NCBI GenBank assembly: GCA_046155535.1
Contig: JBJXFN010000155.1
Span: 635 to 64,634, forward strand
DNA from: Burkholderiales bacterium
GTDB taxonomy: Bacteria > Pseudomonadota > Gammaproteobacteria > Burkholderiales > JACQAP01
DNA length: 64,000 nucleotides
Direction of reading: 5' to 3'
The position numbers and the translations under genes are program-made. A model generated the notes under the pieces. It did not search any database. It worked only from the letters and a program-made list of their open reading frames with translations, and was not told where the DNA came from. Below, piece by piece: positions 43,967 to 53,272 of the stretch (the first letter of the stretch is position 1; each line of letters opens with the position of its first letter).

Positions 43967-45726
43967 ACCGTCAGGCGGCGATTCCAGGACCACCACTCGA
44001 AAATCAAGGCAATGGCAGCCGCCCACAACAGCAAGATCCAGGGATCGGTTTTTTCCCAGGTGCTGAACGGCTTGCCCGACGCCGCTGCCGATTCCGCAGC
44101 CAGCGAAGTTCGATTGACTCCGGTGATATCGCCGTCCAACAGACTCGCGGTGAACAGCGCGCGGCGCTGCCCGCTGACGGCGGAATACAGTCCCGGCGAC
44201 CCAATTTCGAACGCCGTGCCGTCCGGTACTGCCGTTGTCGACAGCATGCTCCCGTCGGCAGCTTGCACCTTGGCGTCAGGAAAAGGCACTTCGGCCCGGC
44301 CCAACCGCGCGGCCAGCGTTTCGTTCTCGCCAGTCAGCCAGGTCAGGGCATTGTCCACAAACACGGGAAAACCTGCGTGTAGCGCGAAGTTCGAGTCTCC
44401 AAGGCCAAAAGCCAACCAGATTTGACGCGGAAAGGAATCCTGCGCGATGACAAGCGGCATGCCGCGCCGGGCGCGAATCAGCGAGAATTCCGTGGGGTTG
44501 CTCACCACAGCGCGATCGATCACCAACTCTCGCAAAACTAAATTCGCCAGCAAAGGATGCGCAGCCTCCCAGGACTCCGGAACAGGTGCCACGATTTCCG
44601 CGCCGGCTGGGGGCAACCACGCGGCGTTACCGGGCCGGAACAGCAAGGCCGGCGCACGTGGCCGTCTCGAAGGCGCAAATCGATCAAATATCCAGACGTC
44701 GATGTCATCGCGATCCGCGTAAGCCTCCAGCGAGAGGACTTGCAGTCGTACCTGGTGCCGGGCGCGCAAGGATTTTTCGAGATACGCGTTGGCTGCTCCC
44801 ACCAGTCCGACGCGCACGACTCTACTCGCCTGCCGCACCGCGTAGGCCACATCATCCACCGACAAGGCATCCCCAGGCATGCGCAGCGACGCCTTTAGCG
44901 GCCCGGCCTCAAAACCCGACACGTCAATCTGGACATGACCGGTTCGTCCGGCAGGAACCTGCAAGGATTTTTCGGACTGCCGACCACCCAACCCAGTCAA
45001 AATCACCTCGATGGTTTTTGCGGTCCCACCGGCATTGGCAATCTCGACGTAAGCGAGTTGGCGGCGCGGATCGCCCGGTACCGCGCGCACCTCGAATGCG
45101 ACGATGCCGCTGTTTTCGACCGCCTCGAACACCGATTCGACTTTCGCCGACTGCGGCACGCCCGTCAGGCGAACCCCGTCGGTGAATACAATGGTTTCAG
45201 TGTCCGCCATCGGGGCCAATTCCGGCACCCGGGGCCGATCACCGAAGGACGTCGTCAGCGACTGCATACGGGCCAGCGCCGCATCCCGCTCCTCGAAGGA
45301 AGGGATCGCAATCCGCCGCATGCTGTCTGCAATCATCACCGCAGTCGCCGCGGGCCGCTCTCGCAGCAACGCATCAGCCCTCGCCAGTGCATGGTCCCAA
45401 CGCGTCACACCATCGGTACGAAGTGTTGCCATGGTCGCGGAATTGTCCAGGATCAGGATCAGGCGCTGCGCACCACCCGCCCCTGGGCGGACAGATGGCC
45501 AATGCGCGAGCGCAGATGCCATGGCGGCGGCAATCAACGCGCTCAGAAGCAGCGAGAGCCACCAGCGCAGGCGGTCTGACCCGGCATGACTTTTCCGCAA
45601 CACCCGATCCCAGATGAGCATCGATGAAACCGCAAGCTGGCGCGGTGGCGGTTTGAGCCAATACAGCAGCAACACCACCATTGCCGCCAGAGCCGACAGC
45701 AACCCCGCCAAAGCTGGCAAGCTCAT
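43963..45726 (-). CDS. BatA-N-terminal-domain / VWA-like membrane protein
   Basis: The ATG at 45726 overlaps the DUF58 stop (ATGA). The N-terminus LLSALAAMVVLLLYWLKPPPRQLAVSSMLIWD is the aerotolerance-regulator N-terminal pattern. It also has ILILDNSATM and a C-terminal TM segment (PWILLLWAAAIALIFEWW). Confidence 0.75.
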   Translation of the reverse strand: MSLPALAGLLSALAAMVVLLLYWLKPPPRQLAVSSMLIWDRVLRKSHAGSDRLRWWLSLLLSALIAAAMASALAHWPSVRPGAGGAQRLILILDNSATMATLRTDGVTRWDHALARADALLRERPAATAVMIADSMRRIAIPSFEERDAALARMQSLTTSFGDRPRVPELAPMADTETIVFTDGVRLTGVPQSAKVESVFEAVENSGIVAFEVRAVPGDPRRQLAYVEIANAGGTAKTIEVILTGLGGRQSEKSLQVPAGRTGHVQIDVSGFEAGPLKASLRMPGDALSVDDVAYAVRQASRVVRVGLVGAANAYLEKSLRARHQVRLQVLSLEAYADRDDIDVWIFDRFAPSRRPRAPALLFRPGNAAWLPPAGAEIVAPVPESWEAAHPLLANLVLRELVIDRAVVSNPTEFSLIRARRGMPLVIAQDSFPRQIWLAFGLGDSNFALHAGFPVFVDNALTWLTGENETLAARLGRAEVPFPDAKVQAADGSMLSTTAVPDGTAFEIGSPGLYSAVSGQRRALFTASLLDGDITGVNRTSLAAESAAASGKPFSTWEKTDPWILLLWAAAIALIFEWWSWNRRLTV

Positions 45727-46700
45727 CGCAACAATCCCTCTTCCCGCAAGGTCTTGAGCAACAGTTCCTCCAGAGGCGAGGTGGTGGACCCGCGCAGGTA
45801 TCCCCAACCGTGGATGCGGCAGAATGCTTCGATTTCGGTGCAGTACTGTTGAAAAGAATCCCGATAGTCCTGAATCAGTCCGGGAGTAACGCGCACGCGC
45901 CGCGCGCCACCGTCCTCGGCATCCACCAACAACACCTCGTCAGCAAGATTCGGAGAAACTTCGTCCGGACTGACCACATGAACGGCAAACACATCGTGAC
46001 GGAATCGCCGGATTTCCTGGAAACTCTGCTCGAATCCTTGGCGATCGAGAAAATCCGAAATCACGATGACCATTCCGCGGGCTCGACGTGCGCCGAAGTA
46101 GCCGCGAAATGCAGTTTGGAGGCTGGTGCCGCCGGCGCAGGCCATGCGCTCCAGAAAACGCAGAATGCGCCAAACCTGATTCTTGCCCCGGGCCGCCGGC
46201 ACTTCGCGCACTGCCCCGTCTGCAAACGCCACCAGACTCACGCGATCATGGTTGATCAGGCTGATATAGGAGAGCGCGGCGGCAAGCCGTCGGGCGAAAT
46301 CAAATTTCGACGGGGAGCCGAATTCCATGGATCGGCTGACATCGAGAAAGACATACATCGGCAGGTCCGCCTCCTCCTCGAAGAGCCGCAGGATCAGTCG
46401 GTCCAGGCGCAGGTAGCTGCCCCAATCCAGATTACGGGTATCGTCGCCGGCGGAATAAGGACGGTAGTCGGTAAAAATCATTCCCGTGCCGGTGCGCCTG
46501 GAGCGGTGATGCCCGCGCAGGTGCCCGGCAACCGGCCGGCGAGTCAACATCGCCAGATGCTCGAGCTGGCGAAGGAAGGCTTCGCTGAAAAGCAGATTCT
46601 CTGGAACCAAAAAGTACCGCCTCAGTGGGACTGCGCTGTCAGCGGACGCGCGGCCGGTTGATTCACGTTGTTGTCGTTGTTCCGCGGCGGCGCCGCGCAA
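45723..46700 (-). CDS. DUF58 domain protein
   Basis: GHHRSRRTGTGMIFTDYRPYSAGDDTRNLDW...VFLDVSRSM is the DUF58 signature. The start is uncertain (TTG at 46700). It lies immediately downstream of the MoxR gene. Confidence 0.85.
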   Translation of the reverse strand: MRGAAAEQRQQRESTGRASADSAVPLRRYFLVPENLLFSEAFLRQLEHLAMLTRRPVAGHLRGHHRSRRTGTGMIFTDYRPYSAGDDTRNLDWGSYLRLDRLILRLFEEEADLPMYVFLDVSRSMEFGSPSKFDFARRLAAALSYISLINHDRVSLVAFADGAVREVPAARGKNQVWRILRFLERMACAGGTSLQTAFRGYFGARRARGMVIVISDFLDRQGFEQSFQEIRRFRHDVFAVHVVSPDEVSPNLADEVLLVDAEDGGARRVRVTPGLIQDYRDSFQQYCTEIEAFCRIHGWGYLRGSTTSPLEELLLKTLREEGLLR

Positions 46701-46721
46701 CCCGTGTCTGCAAAAGCCCCG

Positions 46722-47720
46722 TCAGCCGCCGGACGGCTCGGCCACCGACTCCAACACCTTGCGTACGATGTGATCCGTGTCGATGCGTTCGGCTTCGGCC
46801 TCGAAATTCAGCAAGACCCGATGCCTGAGCGCGGGCAAGGCGACGGCGCGAATGTCCTCGCCGGCAACGTACACGCGGTTATTGATCAGTGCATTGACCT
46901 TGGCACCCAGAATCAACGCCTGCGCACCACGCGGGCTGGGACCGAAACGCACGAATCGTTTTGCCATTTCATGCGCCTCGCCCGTCTCCGGGTGCAGGGC
47001 CAGCGTGATCCGGATTGCGTAATCCTGCACCGGCACCGCAATCGGCACGGCGCGGGCGATTTCGCGCATCTCGAGAATCTGCCCCTGCTCCAGTACCCTC
47101 TTGACCTCGGGTTCCTTGCGTTGCGTGGTGCGTTCCACAATTGAATGCAATTGCTTCTTATCCGGGAAATCGAGTTTGAGCTTGTAGAGAAAACGGTCCA
47201 TTTGCGCTTCAGGAAGAGGATAGGTGCCTTCCATTTCGATCGGGTTCTGGGTAGCGAGGACAAAAAACGGCTGGTCCAGCGTATGGGTCTGCCCGGCTGC
47301 CGTGACGCTGTTTTCCTGCATTGCCTCCAGAAGCGCCGACTGGGTCTTGGGAGTCGCGCGATTGATTTCATCGGCCAGCACCATGTTCGCAAAAATCGGC
47401 CCGCGCTGGAATTCAAAGGCCTTGCGACCGGCCGCGTCTTCCCTGACGATGTTGGTGCCGACGATGTCCCCGGGCATCAGGTCGGGCGTGAACTGGATGC
47501 GCGAGAATTTCAGGTGCAACACATCGGCCATGGTCTGCACGAGTTTGGTTTTTCCCACCCCGGGTATCCCCTCAAGCAGCACATGACCGCGCACCAGCAG
47601 GCAGGCCATGACGCCGGAAACGATGTCCTCGTTGCCGACAATGACACGCCCGATCTCCTCCCTGACACGAAGGAAGCGTTCTCGGAAATCGTGAATCTGG
47701 CGCTCGGCGACGGCATTCAT
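46722..47720 (-). CDS. MoxR-family AAA+ ATPase
   Basis: 332 aa. Walker A GIPGVGKT, Walker B LADEINRA, and the characteristic QNPIEMEGTYPLPEAQMDRF. Confidence 0.95.
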   Translation of the reverse strand: MNAVAERQIHDFRERFLRVREEIGRVIVGNEDIVSGVMACLLVRGHVLLEGIPGVGKTKLVQTMADVLHLKFSRIQFTPDLMPGDIVGTNIVREDAAGRKAFEFQRGPIFANMVLADEINRATPKTQSALLEAMQENSVTAAGQTHTLDQPFFVLATQNPIEMEGTYPLPEAQMDRFLYKLKLDFPDKKQLHSIVERTTQRKEPEVKRVLEQGQILEMREIARAVPIAVPVQDYAIRITLALHPETGEAHEMAKRFVRFGPSPRGAQALILGAKVNALINNRVYVAGEDIRAVALPALRHRVLLNFEAEAERIDTDHIVRKVLESVAEPSGG

Positions 47721-49327
47721 TTGTTTTCACTTTCATGCAGGTTTAAGAAGTATTCCTTGACGGCTGCCCGGTGCCGCATCGGCAGCGGCGCGTGGCGCAC
47801 CACGCCCGCGCGCTCAGCCTCGCCGCGGGCAGCCACGGCCTGGAAAGACAGGTCTGATTTCTGCTCGGCACTGGCGGAAAAAAACCAGCCCTTGTCGCCG
47901 GAAGCGTCTTCGTCGCCGGATTCTTCCTCTCGCCCGGGAATCACTTCGCGCTTTAATTGCGCCTCCAGCCTGGGCGTTGCCGCGCCCTCCAGCGGGAGGG
48001 CTTCAGAATGACCCGATGCACTGCCGGCCCGGGACCCTTCGTGTTGGGCATCGTCCTTTTCCTTCGCCATGGCGGCCTGTCTGAAAAGCGTACCGCCTTG
48101 CAAGTCGGCATTGCCGGTGTCCGGCGACGGGGTCGGATTCGGTGGGTTTGCCCGCATGCCAAATTGATTTGCAGTCAAGGCGCTGCGCTGCGAAGTCGCC
48201 ACCAGATTGTCTTCCAACATCCGCCGGCGAATGCGATTGACCTGTTCCTGGGCATCGAGTTTCTTTGCGGACTCCTCGATCGTATCAAGCAGTTTGGCAA
48301 CCGTGTCCTGGTTCATCTTGACGTCAACGCCTCGCAAATCGTGTCCGACTTTCTCGAATTCCGGATCGCCCTCCGCTGCGCCCTTGTCAGCCGATCGGAA
48401 GTTCTCGTCCCGGGAATCCTGATCGGCATCCGTGCCGATTGACGGTTCGCCTTGCATTTTTTCGATCAATGCCTGTGCCTTGCGGGCATCGCCTTTTTCC
48501 AGCGCGTCCGCCACCTGCGACCAGCGAGCGTCGGATTTCAGCGTCCGGGCAATACGCGCCAGCTCTTCGCGCGCCATCGCGCCTTCCATGCCGGCCTGAT
48601 CCGCGGCTTCCCGTGCCAACGTGGCGGCCTGCCGGGTTTCTTCTGTCGTGGCACCGCGGTCCTGGAGTACCCGCAACGCCTGGTCGAGTTTACGCAATGC
48701 CCCGTCCGCAGGGGCATCGTCCGGAATCTCGCGCAATTCCCGGATGCCAGCCTCGTCTTCGGCCGTCTGCACAGGGGCGCCATCGCGCAATGGCAGCATG
48801 GGCGGCCCGACCCATGCCATCCCCCACAGTAAGGCGCCAAGACCTGCGGCTAGAAATAGCGTGCCGGGAATATGGCCCGGCACCACCAGGCACGGATCGA
48901 GTCTGCGCGCCGCCGATGCGGCCCGCGCCAACTGCAATGCACGCAGTCCGTCGGAGCGTCCCGCGGAAAGAAAATCACACGCCGATTTCAGCTCATCCTT
49001 GAGCCCGGCGCGCGCGTCGGCTTCGTCGGCCGCCTGGACCGCACTCACCGGCCGGGAAACTCTCCAGGCCACACATGCCGTCACGATCGCGCCAGCCAAC
49101 ACGGGCAACCAGACTGCATTCAACCCGGCCGAAGAAAAAGACCCTGCAGGATGCAGGATGTGAGAGGCCAACACCGCCGATAGAACCACACAGACACCGA
49201 AGGAAACCTCTTCGACCGTCCGACGGAGCCACAATCGTCTGGCGATTGTGCGAAGTACGCCATGGATTAGCGCCGTGCCCGCCGACTCGGTACTGCCCTC
49301 CTTCGGGATTGTGTTTTCGCTTCTCAT
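47717..49327 (-). CDS. membrane protein, first gene of the MoxR operon (DUF4175-like, tentative)
   Basis: 536 aa with two or three TM segments near the N-terminus, a long charged coiled/low-complexity region, and a C-terminal PLPMRHRAAVKEYFLNL motif resembling the P.eYr..v..YF ending I recall in Bat-type operon partners. The stop overlaps the MoxR start (ATGA). Confidence 0.6.
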   Translation of the reverse strand: MRSENTIPKEGSTESAGTALIHGVLRTIARRLWLRRTVEEVSFGVCVVLSAVLASHILHPAGSFSSAGLNAVWLPVLAGAIVTACVAWRVSRPVSAVQAADEADARAGLKDELKSACDFLSAGRSDGLRALQLARAASAARRLDPCLVVPGHIPGTLFLAAGLGALLWGMAWVGPPMLPLRDGAPVQTAEDEAGIRELREIPDDAPADGALRKLDQALRVLQDRGATTEETRQAATLAREAADQAGMEGAMAREELARIARTLKSDARWSQVADALEKGDARKAQALIEKMQGEPSIGTDADQDSRDENFRSADKGAAEGDPEFEKVGHDLRGVDVKMNQDTVAKLLDTIEESAKKLDAQEQVNRIRRRMLEDNLVATSQRSALTANQFGMRANPPNPTPSPDTGNADLQGGTLFRQAAMAKEKDDAQHEGSRAGSASGHSEALPLEGAATPRLEAQLKREVIPGREEESGDEDASGDKGWFFSASAEQKSDLSFQAVAARGEAERAGVVRHAPLPMRHRAAVKEYFLNLHESENK

Positions 49328-49447
49328 GACCGGGCGGATTGTAGCGTAACGTGCCGTGGCCTTGCCCTTTGCGCTCGCGGCACCTGCTCCATAATGAGAG
49401 AAATCGGCGATTTCTCAAGTAAGATGCGACCGAAATTGGAGGGTTCG

Positions 49448-50842
49448 ATGAACACGGTGTTGCGCCTTGCGGTGTGGCTGACTTGTCTGTCCTTCTGCCA
49501 CGCTAGTGCGGTCGAGCGACCGCACATTGTCTATGTTGTTGCCGGCGATATGGGATGGAAAGACGTCGGCTATCACGGCGGCTCCATCAAAACGCCCGCA
49601 CTCGACGCACTGGCGGCAAATGGCGTGCGACTCGAGCGGTTTTACGCGCAGACCTACTCCACCCAGACGCGCGCCGCGCTCATGACCGGGCGCTATCCCA
49701 TGCGTTATGGCTTGCAAACGCTGTCCATCTTACCTGCAAACCCGCACGGTCTGCCGACCGAAGAACGCCTGTTGCCCGAAGCGCTCCGGGAAGCCGGTTA
49801 TCGCACTGTGGCGCTGGGCACCTGGCAACTTGGGCATCAACGCAAAGATTTCTGGCCGACGCGACGTGGATTCGATTCTTTTCTTGGCAGTTGGAGTGCA
49901 CCGGCCGATTATTACCGCAAGACCAACAAGCTTGGAGACCCCGACTGGCGGCGCAACGAAAAGGCGACCAAACAGGAGGGACATGTCAATGATCTGCTGG
50001 CGGCCGAGGCAATGGAGGTAATCGGGAAGCATGACGGTGCGAAGCCACTGTTTCTATATCTATCCCTGTCGGCGCCGGAGTTTCCCTGGCAACCACCGAA
50101 GAAATTTTCCAGCGACTGCGAATCCGTCGCCGATGTCGATCGCCGCGGCTACTGCGCCATGGTGTCATCGGTCGATGCCACGGTTGGCGCCGTGGTCGGC
50201 GCTCTGCAAAAATCCGGAATGGGCGCCAACACGCTGCTGATATTCCACAGCGACAATGGCGGTGCCCGGCCCGCCAAATTCCCGACCGGGGACGCGGATG
50301 TGAAAAAAGCCGTGGCCGATAACGGCCCCTACCGGGACGGCAGGGGTTCGTTTTACGAGGGTGCGCTGCGTGTGGTGGCGCTGGCCTCTTGGCCGGGAAA
50401 AATTGCTCCGGGCATCGTGACCGAGTTCATCCATGTCACCGACTGGTATCCGACCTTGCTTGGCATCGCGGGCGCAAAACGGGAACAGAAAAAAATCCTC
50501 GATGGCATCGATCAATGGGAAACCATTGCCGAGGGCAAGCCCGGCCGGCGCAAGGAAATTCTGCTGGGCATGGAAGATTTTCGCGGAGCCTTGCTGCAGG
50601 GCAACTGGAAACTGATCGTGACGTCGCGTTTGCCGGTCCGTCATGAGCTCTACAACGTACAGGACGATCCTTCCGAGGAGGACAATCGCGCCGAGCGCGA
50701 TGCGACCCGCATGCTCGAGATGCTGGGCCGTTTGAACGAATACGCCTGGGAAATGGCGCCTTCGTTGTACCTGCAAGACATGGCGGGGCCGCACAAGCAC
50801 GAATACCCGATATATTGGGGCGACAATCCCAGCCGTCCGTGA
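49448..50842 (+). CDS. sulfatase-family protein (arylsulfatase B-like) with divergent active-site motif
   Basis: ATG at 49448 gives a signal peptide (MNTVLRLAVWLTCLSFCHASA). Overall it resembles arylsulfatases (IVYVVAGDMGWKDVGYHGG..IKTPALDALAANGV...AALMTGRYP, HSDNGG), but the formylglycine motif reads S-T-Q-T-R. Confidence 0.8.
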   Translation: MNTVLRLAVWLTCLSFCHASAVERPHIVYVVAGDMGWKDVGYHGGSIKTPALDALAANGVRLERFYAQTYSTQTRAALMTGRYPMRYGLQTLSILPANPHGLPTEERLLPEALREAGYRTVALGTWQLGHQRKDFWPTRRGFDSFLGSWSAPADYYRKTNKLGDPDWRRNEKATKQEGHVNDLLAAEAMEVIGKHDGAKPLFLYLSLSAPEFPWQPPKKFSSDCESVADVDRRGYCAMVSSVDATVGAVVGALQKSGMGANTLLIFHSDNGGARPAKFPTGDADVKKAVADNGPYRDGRGSFYEGALRVVALASWPGKIAPGIVTEFIHVTDWYPTLLGIAGAKREQKKILDGIDQWETIAEGKPGRRKEILLGMEDFRGALLQGNWKLIVTSRLPVRHELYNVQDDPSEEDNRAERDATRMLEMLGRLNEYAWEMAPSLYLQDMAGPHKHEYPIYWGDNPSRP

Positions 50843-50974
50843 TCGGCGGATAAGGCACGAACAACGCCCCGTCCGGCAGCGCCGTGTGGCGGTGGCGTTG
50901 TCGGTAGCAACGGAAATGGAAACGGAAATAAGACCGATCATCCCGACATCGGAAATTTGCGATCAAGAGAAACC

Positions 50975-52114
50975 ATGCAAACCATCAACATAGACGAATT
51001 GCGCGACCGTGCGCGCCGCCGGCTTCCCCGGGTCATTTTTGAGTTCATCGACGGTGGCTCTCAGGATGAAACGACATTGCGCGCCAACCGCGAAGATTTC
51101 ACTAGGTGGCGATTTGTCACCCGGACACTCACCGACGTGACCCAACGCGATCAGTCGATCAGCCTGTTCGGACAGCGATACGCATCCCCCCTGATCATTG
51201 CGCCCACCGGGTTGACGGGCCTGTCTTCCCGACGTGGGGAACTGGCCGTGGTCCGGGCCGCGGAAAAATTTCAGCTGCCCTACTGCCTGTCTACGATGGC
51301 CACTTGCAGCATCGAGGAAGTGACCCGGGAAACCCCGCAACCGAAGTGGTTCCAGCTGTATGTTCTGCGCGACCGGGGCCTCACCCGGGCATTCATCGAT
51401 CGCGCCAAGGCCTCGCGCTGTTCGGCACTCGTACTGACCGTGGACACCAAGATTCAGGGTCCGCGCGAGCGCGACATGCGCAATGGATTTACCGTTCCGC
51501 CAAGATTTTCGCCTGCCACCATTTTCGATTTCGCGCGCCACATATCCTGGCTTTTGGACGTGGGGCTGGGGCCGCGAATCGCGTTCAAGAATTTTGAAAA
51601 TACCCCCGCCGGCGCCACCGATGCGATGACCATCACTCAGTTCATAGCCGGTCAATACGATTTGAGCGTGAACTGGAAGGATGTCGAGTGGTTCAAGTCG
51701 GTTTGGGGCGGGCCGCTGCTGCTCAAGGGCATCCTCAACCCGGAAGACGCAAAACTTGCCATTGCCCACGGGGCGGACGGCGTGATTGTCTCGAATCATG
51801 GCGGTCGGCAACTCGACGGGGCTGTTTCCGCCATCCAGGCATTGCCGGCCATCGCAGAAGCAGTTGGCGATCAGATCGAAGTGGTTCTCGATGGCGGCAT
51901 CCGGCGTGGCGCCGACGTGGTGCGGGCGCGCGCACTCGGCGCCAAGGCCTGCATGGTGGGACGGGCTTGGTTGTATGGCCTCGCGGCAGAAGGGCAGTCC
52001 GGTGTGGAACGCGCGCTGGAAATACTCCGCAACGAAATCGATGCCACGCTGACATTGCTCGGCCACCCGAATTTTTCGCAAATCGATCGCCGGGTACTGG
52101 TCGAAAGGCTGTAG
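50975..52114 (+). CDS. FMN-dependent alpha-hydroxy-acid dehydrogenase/oxidase (LldD/glycolate-oxidase family)
   Basis: ATG at 50975. Motifs are FEFIDGGSQDE, WFQLYV, LTVDT, KGIL, VSNHGGRQLD and DGGIRRGADV. Confidence 0.9.
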   Translation: MQTINIDELRDRARRRLPRVIFEFIDGGSQDETTLRANREDFTRWRFVTRTLTDVTQRDQSISLFGQRYASPLIIAPTGLTGLSSRRGELAVVRAAEKFQLPYCLSTMATCSIEEVTRETPQPKWFQLYVLRDRGLTRAFIDRAKASRCSALVLTVDTKIQGPRERDMRNGFTVPPRFSPATIFDFARHISWLLDVGLGPRIAFKNFENTPAGATDAMTITQFIAGQYDLSVNWKDVEWFKSVWGGPLLLKGILNPEDAKLAIAHGADGVIVSNHGGRQLDGAVSAIQALPAIAEAVGDQIEVVLDGGIRRGADVVRARALGAKACMVGRAWLYGLAAEGQSGVERALEILRNEIDATLTLLGHPNFSQIDRRVLVERL

Positions 52115-52146
52115 GGTTTGCCTACGCCCGGCACCTGCGGAGTTCT

Positions 52147-52422
52147 TTATTTCACCGTATCGATGATCTCGATTTCCGTGCCACGGGTACCGACGCTGAC
52201 CACCGCGCTGCTGCTGGTCAAGTCGCCCGGCATGAGCGTGGTCTTTCCGTTGCGGGATATGCAGGCAAACACAATCATCCATTTTGCATTATCGCCGGCA
52301 CGATTTCGAAGGCCGACGCGGACTCCACCCGGAATTTCGGTATATTTGCACTTGCGAAACTCATCCGACCTTGGCGGACAAACATGGCATCCCGATTCAG
52401 CATCAAATATTTTGCCTCCCAC
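52147..52422 (-). CDS. hypothetical small protein (weak; start uncertain)
   Basis: 91-aa ORF with a GTG start. Its C-terminal half looks protein-like (MIVFACISRNGKTTLMPGDLTSSSAVVSVGTRGTEIEIIDTVK). Its 5' end overlaps the start of the 52384 gene on the other strand, so the true start, if the gene is real, is probably internal. Confidence 0.25.
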   Translation of the reverse strand: MGGKIFDAESGCHVCPPRSDEFRKCKYTEIPGGVRVGLRNRAGDNAKWMIVFACISRNGKTTLMPGDLTSSSAVVSVGTRGTEIEIIDTVK

Positions 52423-52704
52423 GACGCGCTCGGCATGGTGTCAGAAGAGGAATACCAGCGATTCAAGGAAGAACTGCTCGAAGCCATTCAAGATGAATGG
52501 CCGGATGCGGCGGTTTCCATCGACGACGATGAAGAGGCCTATGCGGATATCAGCGGACTGAGTGGCCAGGCAGAAAAGGACGTGCATGACCGGCTGGAGG
52601 ATATCGTCAGCGAAGTCATCGACTCAGGAAACTGGCAGGAAGAAGAAGAAGAGTTCTACGAAGAGGAAGAAGAGTCCGGAATCGAAGGCGAAGAGGATCG
52701 CTGA
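52384..52704 (+). CDS. highly acidic hypothetical protein
   Basis: 106 aa with consistent coding-like codon usage and a poly-E tail (NWQEEEEEFYEEEEESGIEGEEDR). I recognise no family. Confidence 0.55.
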   Translation: MASRFSIKYFASHDALGMVSEEEYQRFKEELLEAIQDEWPDAAVSIDDDEEAYADISGLSGQAEKDVHDRLEDIVSEVIDSGNWQEEEEEFYEEEEESGIEGEEDR

Positions 52705-52726
52705 TTGCGCGTCTGATTCCTGTAAT

Positions 52727-52790
52727 TGGTAAGCCTGGTTGGAATCTAACCAACGACCGATTGATCGTGAGACCGAAGCTCGGGAAAAAC
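52727..52790 (-). repeat. decayed direct copy of the 3' part of the tRNA-Ile(CAU) gene (att-like island boundary)
   Basis: Hand alignment of 52727 onward (TGGTAAGCCTGGTTGGAATCTAACCAACGACCGATTGATC) against 60363 onward (TGGTGGGCCTGGTTGGGATCGAACCAACGACCAAAGGATT) gives 28/32 identities over the first 32 nt and 32/40 over 40 nt, in the same orientation. Confidence 0.6.
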
Positions 52791-53272
52791 AAGAACTCTG
52801 GGGAATAAACGAGCACACCACTAACTGGTGAAGCGGTGTTCAAGATTCTCAGCGACTCCTACCAGTTCCAGATTTTCCTCGATGAGTGTGATAACAGTGT
52901 GCCGGGGTGCCGGGCCATTTGAGTCTAGGCCATAGCGCGACTCGCGTTGACGCCCAGACTTACTCCTAATTTCCCGCGCGTTGACCAATTTCACAGCGTA
53001 GAAAAAGCGCTCCCGCTTTGCCCTGGGCGCCTCGTCCGCACCCGCCCACCCACTTGTCCTCGCGCCCCGAGCAGCCTTCGCGACTGCTTATCGAGCCCCA
53101 TCCGACCCCCTCCGGCCCTCACTAGAGTCCTCCCGCCGGGCGTGGTACAGATCAATTTCTCTCCTTCCATATTTAGTCCATAAAAACATTAGTCTATTTG
53201 TTATTTTTGAAAACCTTAGAGTAAGTTCACCCGGATATCCATCGACCCCATAACAAATAAGTTGTGTTTCTT

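Noticed and set aside
50963-52282. 439-aa minus-strand ORF
   Set aside because: It is antisense to the FMN-dependent alpha-hydroxy-acid dehydrogenase gene, which has all the family motifs.
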